From an uncultured Acidimicrobiia bacterium (lineage in GTDB: Bacteria > Actinomycetota > Acidimicrobiia > Acidimicrobiales > AC-14), in assembly GCA_963836205.1 (NCBI GenBank), contig CAWIIV010000014.1:64001-128000 (forward strand): a stretch of 64,000 nucleotides of DNA, in the 5' to 3' direction. Positions 10,250 through 19,276 of the stretch are shown in pieces. The translations under genes were made by a program, and so were the position numbers. Numbering within the stretch: position 1 is the first letter of the stretch; the number at the start of each line of letters is the position of its first letter. The notes below the pieces were generated by a model that was not told the DNA's origin, did no database searches, and saw only the letters and a list, made by a program, of their open reading frames with translations.

Positions 10250-10875
10250 GTCTTCGACCTCGGCTCGAGGCGGATGACGCTGGTGGAGGTGAGGGTGGCG
10301 GTGTGGCCGAAGATGCCGGTGAGCTCCGCCCGCTCCACCTCGACGTAGACGCCGACGTAGTCGGGCGGGCCGCCGCTGCCGGCGAGCGCCACCTTGCGCG
10401 CGGTCGGGCACCAGGAGGTGTCGATCTTGGCCGGCGTGCCGGTGCAGCCGAACACCTCGGAGGCCTGGGCCAGGTCGGCGCCGACGTAACGGTTGCAGGT
10501 ATTGCTCACGCTGCCGGTCTTGCATCCGTCCGGAACCGGGGTGCCCGGACCGGCCGCTCGGTAGACCACGATCGTCCGGATGTCGGAGGCGGGCACCCCT
10601 CCCGAACCCCGGCTGACCGCCTGGAGGACGTGGAAGTCGGCGAGGGCGTCGTTGCCCTCGGTCGAGCCGGCGCGGGCACCGCTCAGGCTCATGTTCGACA
10701 CGCTGAGGCGGCTGTAGATGAAGTAGGCGCCGTCCATCAGGGCCAGGATGAGAAGCAGGAGCACGGGCAGGACGAAGGCGGCCTCGACCACGACCGCGCC
10801 CCGCTGGTCGCGCCGGCGCCCGGGCGAACCCCGGCCCGATCCGGACCTCCGGGGCGTCCAAATCCGAACGTGCAC
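10246..10875 (-). CDS. tadE: TadE-family pseudopilin
   Basis: QRGAVVVEAAFVLP motif; paralogous to the downstream TadE (shared WCPTxR and IRLEPR/MRLEPR). Confidence 0.88.
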   Translation of the reverse strand: MHVRIWTPRRSGSGRGSPGRRRDQRGAVVVEAAFVLPVLLLLILALMDGAYFIYSRLSVSNMSLSGARAGSTEGNDALADFHVLQAVSRGSGGVPASDIRTIVVYRAAGPGTPVPDGCKTGSVSNTCNRYVGADLAQASEVFGCTGTPAKIDTSWCPTARKVALAGSGGPPDYVGVYVEVERAELTGIFGHTATLTSTSVIRLEPRSKT

Positions 10876-10930
10876 GATGGGTTGCTCCCTCCGGCCAGGC
10901 GTCGGGCCTGACGCGCCTTTCCCCGGGTTG

Positions 10931-10974
10931 ATCGGACGCGGGGCGCGACCGGGCATCGTCAAGATTGATGATTC
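10931..10974 (-). promoter_or_regulatory. Putative activator site (CGTCA-N4-TGATG) plus TCCGAT -10-like element upstream of the tadE operon
   Basis: Same motif and spacing as upstream of cpaB. Confidence 0.65.
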
Positions 10975-11005
10975 CGCCACCGGAAACGGGGCCCGGTGGC
11001 GGCGC

Positions 11006-11725
11006 TTAGGGCTGGTTGGGGGGCCAGCCCGCCTGGCGGGCGAGGGCGACTGCCGCCAGCTGGGACTTCACGCCCAGCTTGAGGAGGATGGCCCGGATCT
11101 GGCTGCGCACGGTGGATACCGAGACGAAGCTGCCGGCGGCGATCGCCTCCGCCTGCTCCCCGGACACCAACCGGGCCAGGACCTCCTGCTCCCGTCCGCT
11201 CAGGGACCAGAACGGGGCCAGGCGGTGGGACTCGTCGAGCCGGCGGGCCCGCAGCGCGGCCAACAGCCCGTCACGCTCTGCCGGGTCGAGGGCCGACTCG
11301 CCCCTCGCGGCCCGGGACACGGCGGTGAGGAGGTCGGGCAGACCCACCGCCTTGGAGACCACGCCCGCTGCCCCCGCCTCGAGGCAGGCCCCCAGCCGGG
11401 CCCGGTCGGTGACCCCCGTGACCATCACCACCGTCGCCCCCGCCGCCAGCAGTGGTCCGATCAGGTCGAGCCCGCTCCCGAGTGGCGGGCCGAGGTCGAG
11501 GTCGAGCAGCACCACGGCGGGCCTCGTCCGCCGGGCGTCGTCGAGCAGCGCCTCGGGCGTAGCGGCGGTGGCGACCTCCGCCTCCAGACCCTGCTGACGC
11601 AGGGCTGACGCCAGCATGCCGGCCACCAGCTCGTGGTCGTCGACGATGAGAATGGGCCCCGACGGAATGATGCAAGTATCCCGTTTTCGCGACCCGACCC
11701 CCCATTCCGGAGGGGTGCGCCTCAA
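11006..11725 (-). CDS. NarL/LuxR-family response regulator (start uncertain)
   Basis: ILIVDDH receiver, VLLDLDL phospho-Asp, LSGREQEVL...TVRSQIRAILLKLGV HTH. The nearest in-frame canonical start is TTG at 11725. Confidence 0.88.
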   Translation of the reverse strand: MRRTPPEWGVGSRKRDTCIIPSGPILIVDDHELVAGMLASALRQQGLEAEVATAATPEALLDDARRTRPAVVLLDLDLGPPLGSGLDLIGPLLAAGATVVMVTGVTDRARLGACLEAGAAGVVSKAVGLPDLLTAVSRAARGESALDPAERDGLLAALRARRLDESHRLAPFWSLSGREQEVLARLVSGEQAEAIAAGSFVSVSTVRSQIRAILLKLGVKSQLAAVALARQAGWPPNQP

Positions 11726-11747
11726 GGCCGGCAGCCCCGGTGCCGAT
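11722..11747 (+). promoter_or_regulatory. Sigma28/WhiG(FliA)-like promoter TCAAG-N15-GCCGAT
   Basis: TCAAG 11722-11726, 15-nt spacer, GCCGAT 11742-11747, upstream of 11805; identical arrangement at 54823-54848. Confidence 0.6.
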
Positions 11748-11804
11748 TGCAGAATGTAGGCACCGGCGTCAGCAGGCGCCACCAACGGACGACAGGGAGG
11801 CGCC

Positions 11805-12212
11805 ATGAAGACCGTCCTCGTCCTCGACGACGACGCCGACATCCGCGACGTGGTGACCTGGAAGCTCGCCCACGCCGGGTACGCGACCCAGGCCGCCGGC
11901 GACGGCAGGACGGGGCTGGCCCTGGCGCTCGACGGCGACGCATCCGGGACGCTCGCCGACCTCGTTCTCATCGACTGGACGATGCCCGGCCTGACCGGCA
12001 TCGAGATCTGCCGCCGTCTCCGGGCGAACCCGGCCACGGCTCGCCTGCCCATCATCATGCTGACCGCAAGGGCCCAGGAGACCGAGGTCGAGCGGGGCTT
12101 CGCCGCCGGCGCCGACGATTACATCAAGAAGCCGTTCAGCCCCCGGGAGATGCTCAGCCGGGTCCAAGCGGTGCTCGCCCGGTCCGAGATCCGGTCCGGG
12201 GTTCCGTCGTGA
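11805..12212 (+). CDS. Stand-alone receiver-domain response regulator (OmpR-type REC)
   Basis: VLVLDDD, LIDWTMP, IIMLTA, GADDYIKKPF; GGGAGG SD. Confidence 0.92.
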   Translation: MKTVLVLDDDADIRDVVTWKLAHAGYATQAAGDGRTGLALALDGDASGTLADLVLIDWTMPGLTGIEICRRLRANPATARLPIIMLTARAQETEVERGFAAGADDYIKKPFSPREMLSRVQAVLARSEIRSGVPS

Positions 12213-13243
12213 TCGGCGGCGATCTGCTCCTGGCCCTGGCCCTGGTCGTCGCGGCCGCGGTCTGCGCCCCCGCGTCGGCAGTGATGCGCCGGCGTCGGCG
12301 GCAGCAGCGCCAGGCCCGGGCCGAGACCTCAGTCCGCCCGATCCTGTTGGAGGCCATCGACCGCGGCAACATCGACGGGGCCACCATCGACGCCCTCGAC
12401 CCGCTCCAGCAGCGGGCGCTCGAGGCGATGGCCCGATCGCTGCTGCCGAAGCTCCGCGGTAGCGAGCACGACACTCTGGCCCGCCTGCTGCACCAGCGGG
12501 GCTCGCTCGACGTCGCCCGGCGCCACACGAGGAGTCGGCGGGCCTCGGTTCGGGCCCGGGCCGGCCAGTTCATCGGCGAGGCCGGGACGTCGGCGTCGGT
12601 CCCGGACCTCGTCCGGCTGCTCCACGACCCGAACCCCCAGGTCCGATGGGCGGCGGCTCGCGGCCTCGGGCGCCTCGGCCATGCCACCGCACTGAGTCCC
12701 CTCCTCGCCTGCCTGGAAGGCCCTCATGCCCTGCCGGCCGATGTGGTGGTCAGCGCCGTGTCCGGCATCAGCCAGTGCCCGATCGCCGTGCTCCGCCAGG
12801 GCTCCCGGAGCAGCTCGGTCCCGATTCGAGCGGTGACGGTGGAGCTGCTGGGCCGTTTCCAGGCGCTGGCCGCGGTCGACGAGGTGATCAAGATCCTGCG
12901 CTCCGATCCCTCGTCGGAGGTGCGGGCCCGCGCCGCCCAGTGCCTGGGCCGCCTCGGCAGCCCCCGGGCGGTGGAGCCCTTGCTGGCCTGCCTCGACACC
13001 AGCCCGACGCCGGTCCGGTTCCAGGCCCTGTGGGCGCTGGGCGAGATCGGGGCGGTGGAGGCGCTTCCCGTGCTGCGGGCGACGCTCCTCGGCCCGTCCC
13101 GCCAGATGAGCGAGGTGGCCGCCACCGGGTTGGCCGCCCTCGGGCCGTCGGGCCGGCGCGTCCTCACCCACGTCGCCGACGGCGAAGGCCAGGCGGCGGA
13201 GATCGCTGTCGCCACCCTCGCCGGCCTCAGCGTGTCGCGCTGA
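12209..13243 (+). CDS. Membrane-anchored HEAT-repeat protein
   Basis: N-terminal TM; repeated VRxxAAxxLGRLG / VRFQALWALGEIG units; GTGA overlap with the REC gene. Confidence 0.85.
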   Translation: MIGGDLLLALALVVAAAVCAPASAVMRRRRRQQRQARAETSVRPILLEAIDRGNIDGATIDALDPLQQRALEAMARSLLPKLRGSEHDTLARLLHQRGSLDVARRHTRSRRASVRARAGQFIGEAGTSASVPDLVRLLHDPNPQVRWAAARGLGRLGHATALSPLLACLEGPHALPADVVVSAVSGISQCPIAVLRQGSRSSSVPIRAVTVELLGRFQALAAVDEVIKILRSDPSSEVRARAAQCLGRLGSPRAVEPLLACLDTSPTPVRFQALWALGEIGAVEALPVLRATLLGPSRQMSEVAATGLAALGPSGRRVLTHVADGEGQAAEIAVATLAGLSVSR

Positions 13244-13283
13244 CCCATCCCGCCCGGGTCCAGCCGCTTTCCGCCCGGCGAAA

Positions 13284-13967
13284 TCAGCGGTAGATCAGCA
13301 GACCCGATCGCACCGCGATGGACACCGCTTCCAGCTTGGAGTGGGCCCCCAACTTGGCCAGGATGTGCTGCACGTGGTTGCGCACGGTGTGGCTGCTGAC
13401 GAACAGCCGGGCCGCCATCGCCGCCGTGGTGAGGCCCTCGGCCATGAGCTGGAGGACTTCGAGCTCCCGCTTCGAGATCCGCGCTTCCTCGCCGCCGGAC
13501 CCGTCGGAGCCCACCTGCGACCGCAGGTGGGAGAGGGACGCCGGTGGCGGCATGACCAGCTCCCCGGCGTGGGCCAGGCGGACGGCGGTCACGACGTCGT
13601 CCGCGGCCCGGTCCTTGGTGACGTAGCCCGAGCACCCGGCGGCGATGGCGGCCGCCACCACGTTGCCGTCGTCGGTGGCGGTGAGCATGACGACCCTGGT
13701 GGAGGCGTTCTCGGCCACGATCTCCGCGGCCAGGTCGGTGCCCCGCCCGTCGGGCAGCTCGTAGTCCATGAGCACGACGTCGGGCCGGCGGGCCCGCACT
13801 GCGGCCCGGGCCTCGGCCCCGTTGGTGGCCGCGGCCACGACACTGATGCCCGGGACGCGGAACAGGAGGCTGGCCAGGCTCTCCACGAACATCTGGTGGT
13901 CGTCGACGAGCACGACGGTGATCGTCGGGCCGTCGGCTCGGTCCTGCCCCACTGCACGTCCGGTCAT
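13284..13967 (-). CDS. NarL/LuxR-family response regulator
   Basis: VLVDDH, VLMDYELPDG, ISKRELEVL...TVRNHVQHILAKLG. Confidence 0.92.
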   Translation of the reverse strand: MTGRAVGQDRADGPTITVVLVDDHQMFVESLASLLFRVPGISVVAAATNGAEARAAVRARRPDVVLMDYELPDGRGTDLAAEIVAENASTRVVMLTATDDGNVVAAAIAAGCSGYVTKDRAADDVVTAVRLAHAGELVMPPPASLSHLRSQVGSDGSGGEEARISKRELEVLQLMAEGLTTAAMAARLFVSSHTVRNHVQHILAKLGAHSKLEAVSIAVRSGLLIYR

Positions 13968-14006
13968 CGCCGCCTCCCGACCCCGCCTGACGTCGGCCGC
14001 CGGCAG

Positions 14007-14459
14007 CTAGGTGGACACATCGTCATCAGAGATCAGTTCCGCCAGGAACAGGTCGACCCCGTGCGCGGGGAGGACCACGTCGCCCCGGTGGGCGGCGCGG
14101 ATGGCCTCGGGCAGGTCGTGGAGGAGGCGGTCCTTCAGGATGTAGCCGGCGCATCCCGCCTCCCGGGCCGCGGCGAGCGTCTGGTCGTCGGCGGACGCGG
14201 TCACCATCACCACCCGGGCGCTCTGGACGACGGCATTGATGCGGCCGGCGGCATCGGTGCCCCTGCCGTCGGGCAGCTGCTGGTCCATGAGCACCACGTC
14301 GGGCCGGTGCTCGTGGGCCTGGGCCAGGGCCTGCCTGACCGTCCCGGCCACGCCCACGACCGACATGTCGTCCTCCTGGGCGAGGACGCGCTTCACCATC
14401 TCGTGGAAAATCGGCTGATCGTCGACCACCAGCACTGTGATCCCGGAATCCGTAACCAT
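14007..14459 (-). CDS. NarL-type receiver-only response regulator
   Basis: VLVVDDQ, VLMDQQLPDG, GYILKD; no HTH; similar to the REC domain of 13284-13967. Confidence 0.85.
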   Translation of the reverse strand: MVTDSGITVLVVDDQPIFHEMVKRVLAQEDDMSVVGVAGTVRQALAQAHEHRPDVVLMDQQLPDGRGTDAAGRINAVVQSARVVMVTASADDQTLAAAREAGCAGYILKDRLLHDLPEAIRAAHRGDVVLPAHGVDLFLAELISDDDVST

Positions 14460-14605
14460 GACCTTGACCTCGATCGGGCGGCTACGGGTCGGACATTCGT
14501 CGGTCGACGTGCCGCCGTCACCGAAGGATACGCCTGAACTCGGGCCCAGCACGGTGCCAAAGGTCACAATCGTCCGAATCCGCCGACGGCCGGTCCGCCT
14601 CGCCG

Positions 14606-15277
14606 CTACATCCCGCCGTGATAGCCCAGGTCGACGACCCGGATCAGGGCGAGCACGAGGATGCCGACGCCGACGCCCGCGGCTCCGTACCGGATGGAGC
14701 GAACGCGAAAGACGGACGCGACGCCGAACAGGAACAGGGCGACGGCCAACAGGACGGTGGCGAGCTCGAACTTGCCCCCGCGGCCGTTGAGATCGCCGGC
14801 CTTGGCAAATTCTCCGGCAGCCTTCTCGTCGAGCCGCTCGCCTTCGACATGGCCGGCGACGACGTACGCCGGGTTCTCCTCGACGAACGGCGAGGCGGCC
14901 GCTTCCTCTGTCTCCGGCTGGTCCTCCCACCAGGTGATCGCGGTCGCCAGGTTCTCGTCCATCAGGCTGTCCTTGAGGTAGCCGGCGAGATCCTCGTTGT
15001 CGTCCTGTACCGCCTTGGCATACTCGAGGAACAGCGCCCGGTCCGTGGCCTGCTGCTGCGTACCGTCGGTGAACTGCTGGCTGGCCTCGTCGCTGGTCTT
15101 GATCGACTGGTTCTGCAGCGTCTGCGCGTCGCCACCGAGGGAGCTGCTCTGGAATGCCGTCCACGCCGCGGCGATGGCCGCGATGCCGAGGACGATGGCG
15201 AGGAAGGCGTCGAACTTGCCGCCCTCTTCCAGCGCGTCAGCGCTCACGTGGTCGTTCCCCGGCTTCGGGCTTCTCAC
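14606..15277 (-). CDS. Hypothetical membrane protein (3 TM, DUF4337-like layout)
   Basis: N-terminal TM (IAAAWTAFQSS), helical extracytoplasmic loop, two C-terminal TMs. Confidence 0.7.
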   Translation of the reverse strand: MRSPKPGNDHVSADALEEGGKFDAFLAIVLGIAAIAAAWTAFQSSSLGGDAQTLQNQSIKTSDEASQQFTDGTQQQATDRALFLEYAKAVQDDNEDLAGYLKDSLMDENLATAITWWEDQPETEEAAASPFVEENPAYVVAGHVEGERLDEKAAGEFAKAGDLNGRGGKFELATVLLAVALFLFGVASVFRVRSIRYGAAGVGVGILVLALIRVVDLGYHGGM

Positions 15278-15365
15278 TCATGTGTGCGTGTCCTCGCTCG
15301 TGGTCGCGACCGGTTCGAGTCGTCACGGAAGGCGCCGACCCGGAGGGGCCGCCCCGTTCCGACCA

Positions 15366-16022
15366 CTACGGCTGGAGTGCGGCCCGGAAGATGGAACGGA
15401 GGTGCTGGAGGCGGGCCTCGAGGACGTCGGGGGCGAGGGGGTCGCCCCCCAGGAGGTCCTCCAGGAAGGGAACGTCGCTGAAGTAGCTCAGCAGCGCCCC
15501 GTAGATGGTGAAGAAGAGCTGCTCGGGGTCGTGCGCCCGCAGCCGGCCGGCGGCCATCTCCCCCTCGAAGAACACCACCGCCCGGGTGAACAGGGGCCGC
15601 AGGCCGGCACCCAGCTCGGCACCGAGGCGGCCGGCGTCCTCCAGGGCCTCCCGCCGCACCAGACGAACGAAGGCGGGGTGGGCCACGAAGAACTGGAAGC
15701 CGGCGGTGAGGATCCGGTCGACCTGCTCCCACCCGTTGGCGGTGCCGTTGGCGACCGTGGCCTCCTCCACCCGCTGGTACCAGTCGGCCAGGGCCCTCTC
15801 GAACACCTCCCGGTACAGCGCCTCCTTGGACGGGAAGTGGTGCAGGAGGCTGGGCCGGCGGATGCCCACCGCGGTCGCGATCTCGTTGAGCGACGTGCCG
15901 TCGTAGCCGTGCTCGGAGAAGCAACGGAGGGCCTCGACCAGGATGGCGTCACGCGTGGTCAGGGGCGCGGAAGCCGACGATGCTCGGGCCGGAGCCAACG
16001 GGCTGGATTTGCCGTTAGACAA
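15366..16022 (-). CDS. TetR/AcrR-family transcriptional regulator (start uncertain)
   Basis: [46 protein letters not shown]. Confidence 0.92.
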   Translation of the reverse strand: MSNGKSSPLAPARASSASAPLTTRDAILVEALRCFSEHGYDGTSLNEIATAVGIRRPSLLHHFPSKEALYREVFERALADWYQRVEEATVANGTANGWEQVDRILTAGFQFFVAHPAFVRLVRREALEDAGRLGAELGAGLRPLFTRAVVFFEGEMAAGRLRAHDPEQLFFTIYGALLSYFSDVPFLEDLLGGDPLAPDVLEARLQHLRSIFRAALQP

Positions 16023-16107
16023 CGCGCGCACCCGCGACGTCGTCGGGCAGCATTGCGGCCACGTTACCGTGCCCCGCCGCACGCATGGCGGTTTCCCTCC
16101 GCGATGT

Positions 16108-16135
16108 GCCTACCTACCGGTAGGTAGGCTACCGT
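16108..16135. promoter_or_regulatory. Perfect 22-bp palindrome (GCCTACCTACCGGTAGGTAGGC), probable TetR operator abutting the desaturase -10 (TACCGT)
   Basis: Palindrome 16108-16129 between divergent tetR and desaturase; TACCGT 16130-16135, six nt before ATG 16142. Confidence 0.8.
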
Positions 16136-16141
16136 GAGGCA

Positions 16142-16876
16142 ATGGTCCGATCCCTTCCTCTCGCCCTGCTCATCGCGTTCGCCGTCACCCAGCTGGCCAA
16201 CGTGGTGACCACCACCTACCTCCACCGGGCCCTGGCCCACAAGGCCCTGCGCCTCTCGCCCGGGGTCACCGCCGTCTTCCGGGTCCTCACGTGGATCACC
16301 ACCGGGATCCGCCCTCGCCAGTGGGTGGCGGTGCACCGCAAGCACCACGCCCACACCGACGAGGAGGGCGACCCCCACTCCCCCGTCCTCCTCGGCTTCC
16401 TCGCGGTGCAGGTGGGCAACGTGGCGCTCTACCGCAAGGCGGCGGCCGACACGGCCATGGTCGCCCGCTACTCCCGCGACCTGCCCGCCGACCGCTGGGA
16501 CCGGGTGCTCTTCGACCACGCCCTGCTCGGGCTGGGCGTCGGCCTGGCCGTGCTGGTCGTGGTGATGGGCCCGTGGCTGGCGCTGGTGGCCGGCCTGGTC
16601 CACGCGGTGGCCTACCTGGCCCTCAGCTCGGCGGTGAACGCGGCCGGCCACACGTTCGGCCGCCGGCCGCATCCCAACCAGGCCGGGAACCTCCAGTGGC
16701 TGGCCTGGCTCACCGCCGGGGAGGGCCTCCACAACAACCACCACCACGCCCCCACCTCGGCCCGCCTGTCGGAGACGAGGGGGCAGTTCGACCCCGGCTG
16801 GTGGCTGGTGTCGGCCCTGCGCCGCGTGGGCTGGGCCACGCTGCGGGAGCGCAAAGCCGAACTGGTCTCCACCTGA
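16142..16876 (+). CDS. Membrane fatty acid desaturase (Delta9-like)
   Basis: His boxes HRALAH, HRKHH, GEGLHNNHH; NAAGH; FDPGWW. Confidence 0.92.
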   Translation: MVRSLPLALLIAFAVTQLANVVTTTYLHRALAHKALRLSPGVTAVFRVLTWITTGIRPRQWVAVHRKHHAHTDEEGDPHSPVLLGFLAVQVGNVALYRKAAADTAMVARYSRDLPADRWDRVLFDHALLGLGVGLAVLVVVMGPWLALVAGLVHAVAYLALSSAVNAAGHTFGRRPHPNQAGNLQWLAWLTAGEGLHNNHHHAPTSARLSETRGQFDPGWWLVSALRRVGWATLRERKAELVST

Positions 16877-16877
16877 T

Positions 16878-16929
16878 CGAACCGGTGACGGTTTCGGTTG
16901 CCAGAGGACCGAAAAACGTCACCGGTTCG
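16878..16929. terminator. Long inverted repeat between convergent genes (terminator or REP-like)
   Basis: CGAACCGGTGACG...CGTCACCGGTTCG arms with an inner TTTCGGT/ACCGAAA stem. Confidence 0.6.
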
Positions 16930-16941
16930 TGAAGGGCGGGA

Positions 16942-18780
16942 CTATTTCAGCAGGCCGCGCACCGCGTCGGCGATGGCGGAGGCGTCGATGCCCGCTGCGG
17001 CCAGCAGCTCGTCGGGCTTGCCCGAGGTGGGCATGCCGGAGACGGCCAGGCGGACGATCGACACGGCCAGACCGGCGTCGACCAGGGCGCCGGCGACGGC
17101 CTCGCCGATGCCGCCTTCGGGCCAGTGGTCCTCGACGACGACGATCTTGCCCCCGGTGGCCTGGACCGCGGCGCAGATGCCGGCACCGTCGATGGGCTTG
17201 ACCGAGTAGGCGTCGACCACCCGCACGTTGACGCCTTCGGCGGCCAGGGCGTCGCCCGCCTTCAGCGCCTCGCCGACGGTGATGCCGCCGCCCACGATGG
17301 TGACCTGGTCGGAGTCGGACGAGCGCACCACCTTGGAGCCGCCGATCGGGAACTCTTCGTCGGGGCCGTAGATGGTGGTGGTGTTGGCCCGGGTGGTGCG
17401 CAGGTAGACGATGCCGTCGAGGTCGGCCATGGCCGCCACCAGCTTCGCCGTCTGGTTGGCGTCGCACGGGTAGAGGATCGTGCTGCCGTGGATGGCCCGC
17501 AGGGAGGCCATGTCCTCCAAAGCCATCTGCGACGGGCCGTCCTCCCCGATGGAGCAGCCCACGTGGGAGCCGACCAGGTTGATCCGGGCCCGGCTGACGG
17601 CGGCCATCCGTACGAAGTCGTAGGCCCGGGCCAGGAAGGCGCCGAAGGTGGACGCGTAGGGAATCCAACCCCGCACCTGGATGCCGATGGCGTTGGCCAC
17701 CATCTGCTGCTCGGCGATGAAGCACTCGATGTAGCGGTCGGGGTGGGCGTCGCGGAAGATCTCGGAGAATGTGGAGTTGGAGACCTCGCCGTCGAGCGCG
17801 ACCACGTCGGCCCGGGCGTGGCCCAATGCGGCCAGGGCCTCGCCGTAGACCTTGCGGGTGGCGATCGACGAACCGAGCTCGTAGACGGGGAGCTTGAGCT
17901 CGCCGGAGGTCTCGAAGACGTGGGCCTTGCCGTTCTGCGGGGGGCTGGGGACGGTGGCGGTGATGCCGCGATCGCCGCCGAGCTCCTCGATGGCGCCGGG
18001 GATGTCCTCGAGGGGCTTGCCGTGGGCGTTGAGCTGGTCCTCGACCGCCTGGACCCCTCGGCCCTTCTTGGTGCGGGCCAGGATCACGGTGGGCTTGCCG
18101 GTGACGGCGACGGCCTCGGCGAACGCGGCGTCGACAGCGTCGACGTCGTGGCCGTCGACCTCGATGGCGTGCCAGCCGAAGGCCTCGAACTGCTTCTTGT
18201 AGGGGTCGATGTCCCACCCGTAGCGGGTGGCCCGGCTCTGGCCGAGGCGGTTGACGTCGACGATGGCGGTGATGTTGTCGAGCTCCTCGTAGGCCGCGGC
18301 CGCGGCCGCCTCCCACATCGAGCCCTCGGCCATCTCCGAGTCACCGCAGATCACCCAGGTGCGGTAGGGCAGTCGGTCGAGGCGCTTGGCCGCGATGGCC
18401 ACGCCGACGGCGATGGGCAGGCCCTGGCCGAGGGAGCCGGTGGCCACGTCGACCCACGGCAGGCGGGGGGTGGGGTGGCCCTCCAACCGGCTGCCGATGT
18501 GGCGGTAGGTGTCCATCTCCTCCTGGTCGACGGCGCCCACGGCCTTGTAGATGGCGTAGATCAGGGGCGAGGCGTGGCCCTTGGAGAAGATCAGGTGGTC
18601 GGCGTTGGGGTTCTTGGGATCGTTGAAGTCGTAGTGCAGGTACTTGGTGACCAGCACGGCCATGAAGTCGGCGGCCGACATCGACGAGGTGGGGTGACCG
18701 GACTTGGCCGCACCGCTGATCTTCACTGCGTCGACCCGGAACTGCTGGCCGAGGTCACGCCACTGCTGGGACTCGCTCAT
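16942..18780 (-). CDS. tkt: Transketolase (short, animal-like single-chain type)
   Basis: SGHPTS, FSKGHA, ATGSLGQG, ThDP motif GDSEMAEG...N, FIAEQ, SIGEDGPSQMALED. Confidence 0.95.
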   Translation of the reverse strand: MSESQQWRDLGQQFRVDAVKISGAAKSGHPTSSMSAADFMAVLVTKYLHYDFNDPKNPNADHLIFSKGHASPLIYAIYKAVGAVDQEEMDTYRHIGSRLEGHPTPRLPWVDVATGSLGQGLPIAVGVAIAAKRLDRLPYRTWVICGDSEMAEGSMWEAAAAAAYEELDNITAIVDVNRLGQSRATRYGWDIDPYKKQFEAFGWHAIEVDGHDVDAVDAAFAEAVAVTGKPTVILARTKKGRGVQAVEDQLNAHGKPLEDIPGAIEELGGDRGITATVPSPPQNGKAHVFETSGELKLPVYELGSSIATRKVYGEALAALGHARADVVALDGEVSNSTFSEIFRDAHPDRYIECFIAEQQMVANAIGIQVRGWIPYASTFGAFLARAYDFVRMAAVSRARINLVGSHVGCSIGEDGPSQMALEDMASLRAIHGSTILYPCDANQTAKLVAAMADLDGIVYLRTTRANTTTIYGPDEEFPIGGSKVVRSSDSDQVTIVGGGITVGEALKAGDALAAEGVNVRVVDAYSVKPIDGAGICAAVQATGGKIVVVEDHWPEGGIGEAVAGALVDAGLAVSIVRLAVSGMPTSGKPDELLAAAGIDASAIADAVRGLLK

Positions 18781-18886
18781 CAAGAACTCCTTCGCTGGGC
18801 GGCGGCCGGGCCATCCCCGGGCAGGGTCGAGCCGCTCACAGAGACCCCCATCCTATGTTCACGAGCGGACGGCTACCTTCGGGGCC

Positions 18887-19276
18887 ATGGACATCGTGTC
18901 GGCCCTCTTCGTCGAGGGCATCGATATGCGGCAAGTGCCCGGTCCGGCGACCCGATTCGATCTCACCGGGGTGATGTTCTCGCTGGCCGCACCCTCGCCG
19001 CCGCCGGTCACCATCTCGCCCCACCTCATCGTCTTCATCCGCTGCCGGGCCGACGAGCCCGGGCAGGGGACGATGGAGGTGCGCTTCCTCGACGCCGCGG
19101 GCGAGGAGGTGGCCCGCAACGCCCAGCCGGTCAACGTCCAGCCGGGCAAGTTCGGGCGCCAGCTGGTGAAGGGCGACATGAAGTACGAGGACTACGGCAC
19201 CATCGAGGCCCACGTCCGCCTGGTGGGCGGCCCCACCGTGGTCGTGCCGTTGACCCTCCTGCCGGCACCGGGGTGA
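18887..19276 (+). CDS. Hypothetical beta-rich protein
   Basis: TACCTT -10 seven nt before ATG; GC3-biased codons; coupled to the FIST gene. Confidence 0.7.
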   Translation: MDIVSALFVEGIDMRQVPGPATRFDLTGVMFSLAAPSPPPVTISPHLIVFIRCRADEPGQGTMEVRFLDAAGEEVARNAQPVNVQPGKFGRQLVKGDMKYEDYGTIEAHVRLVGGPTVVVPLTLLPAPG

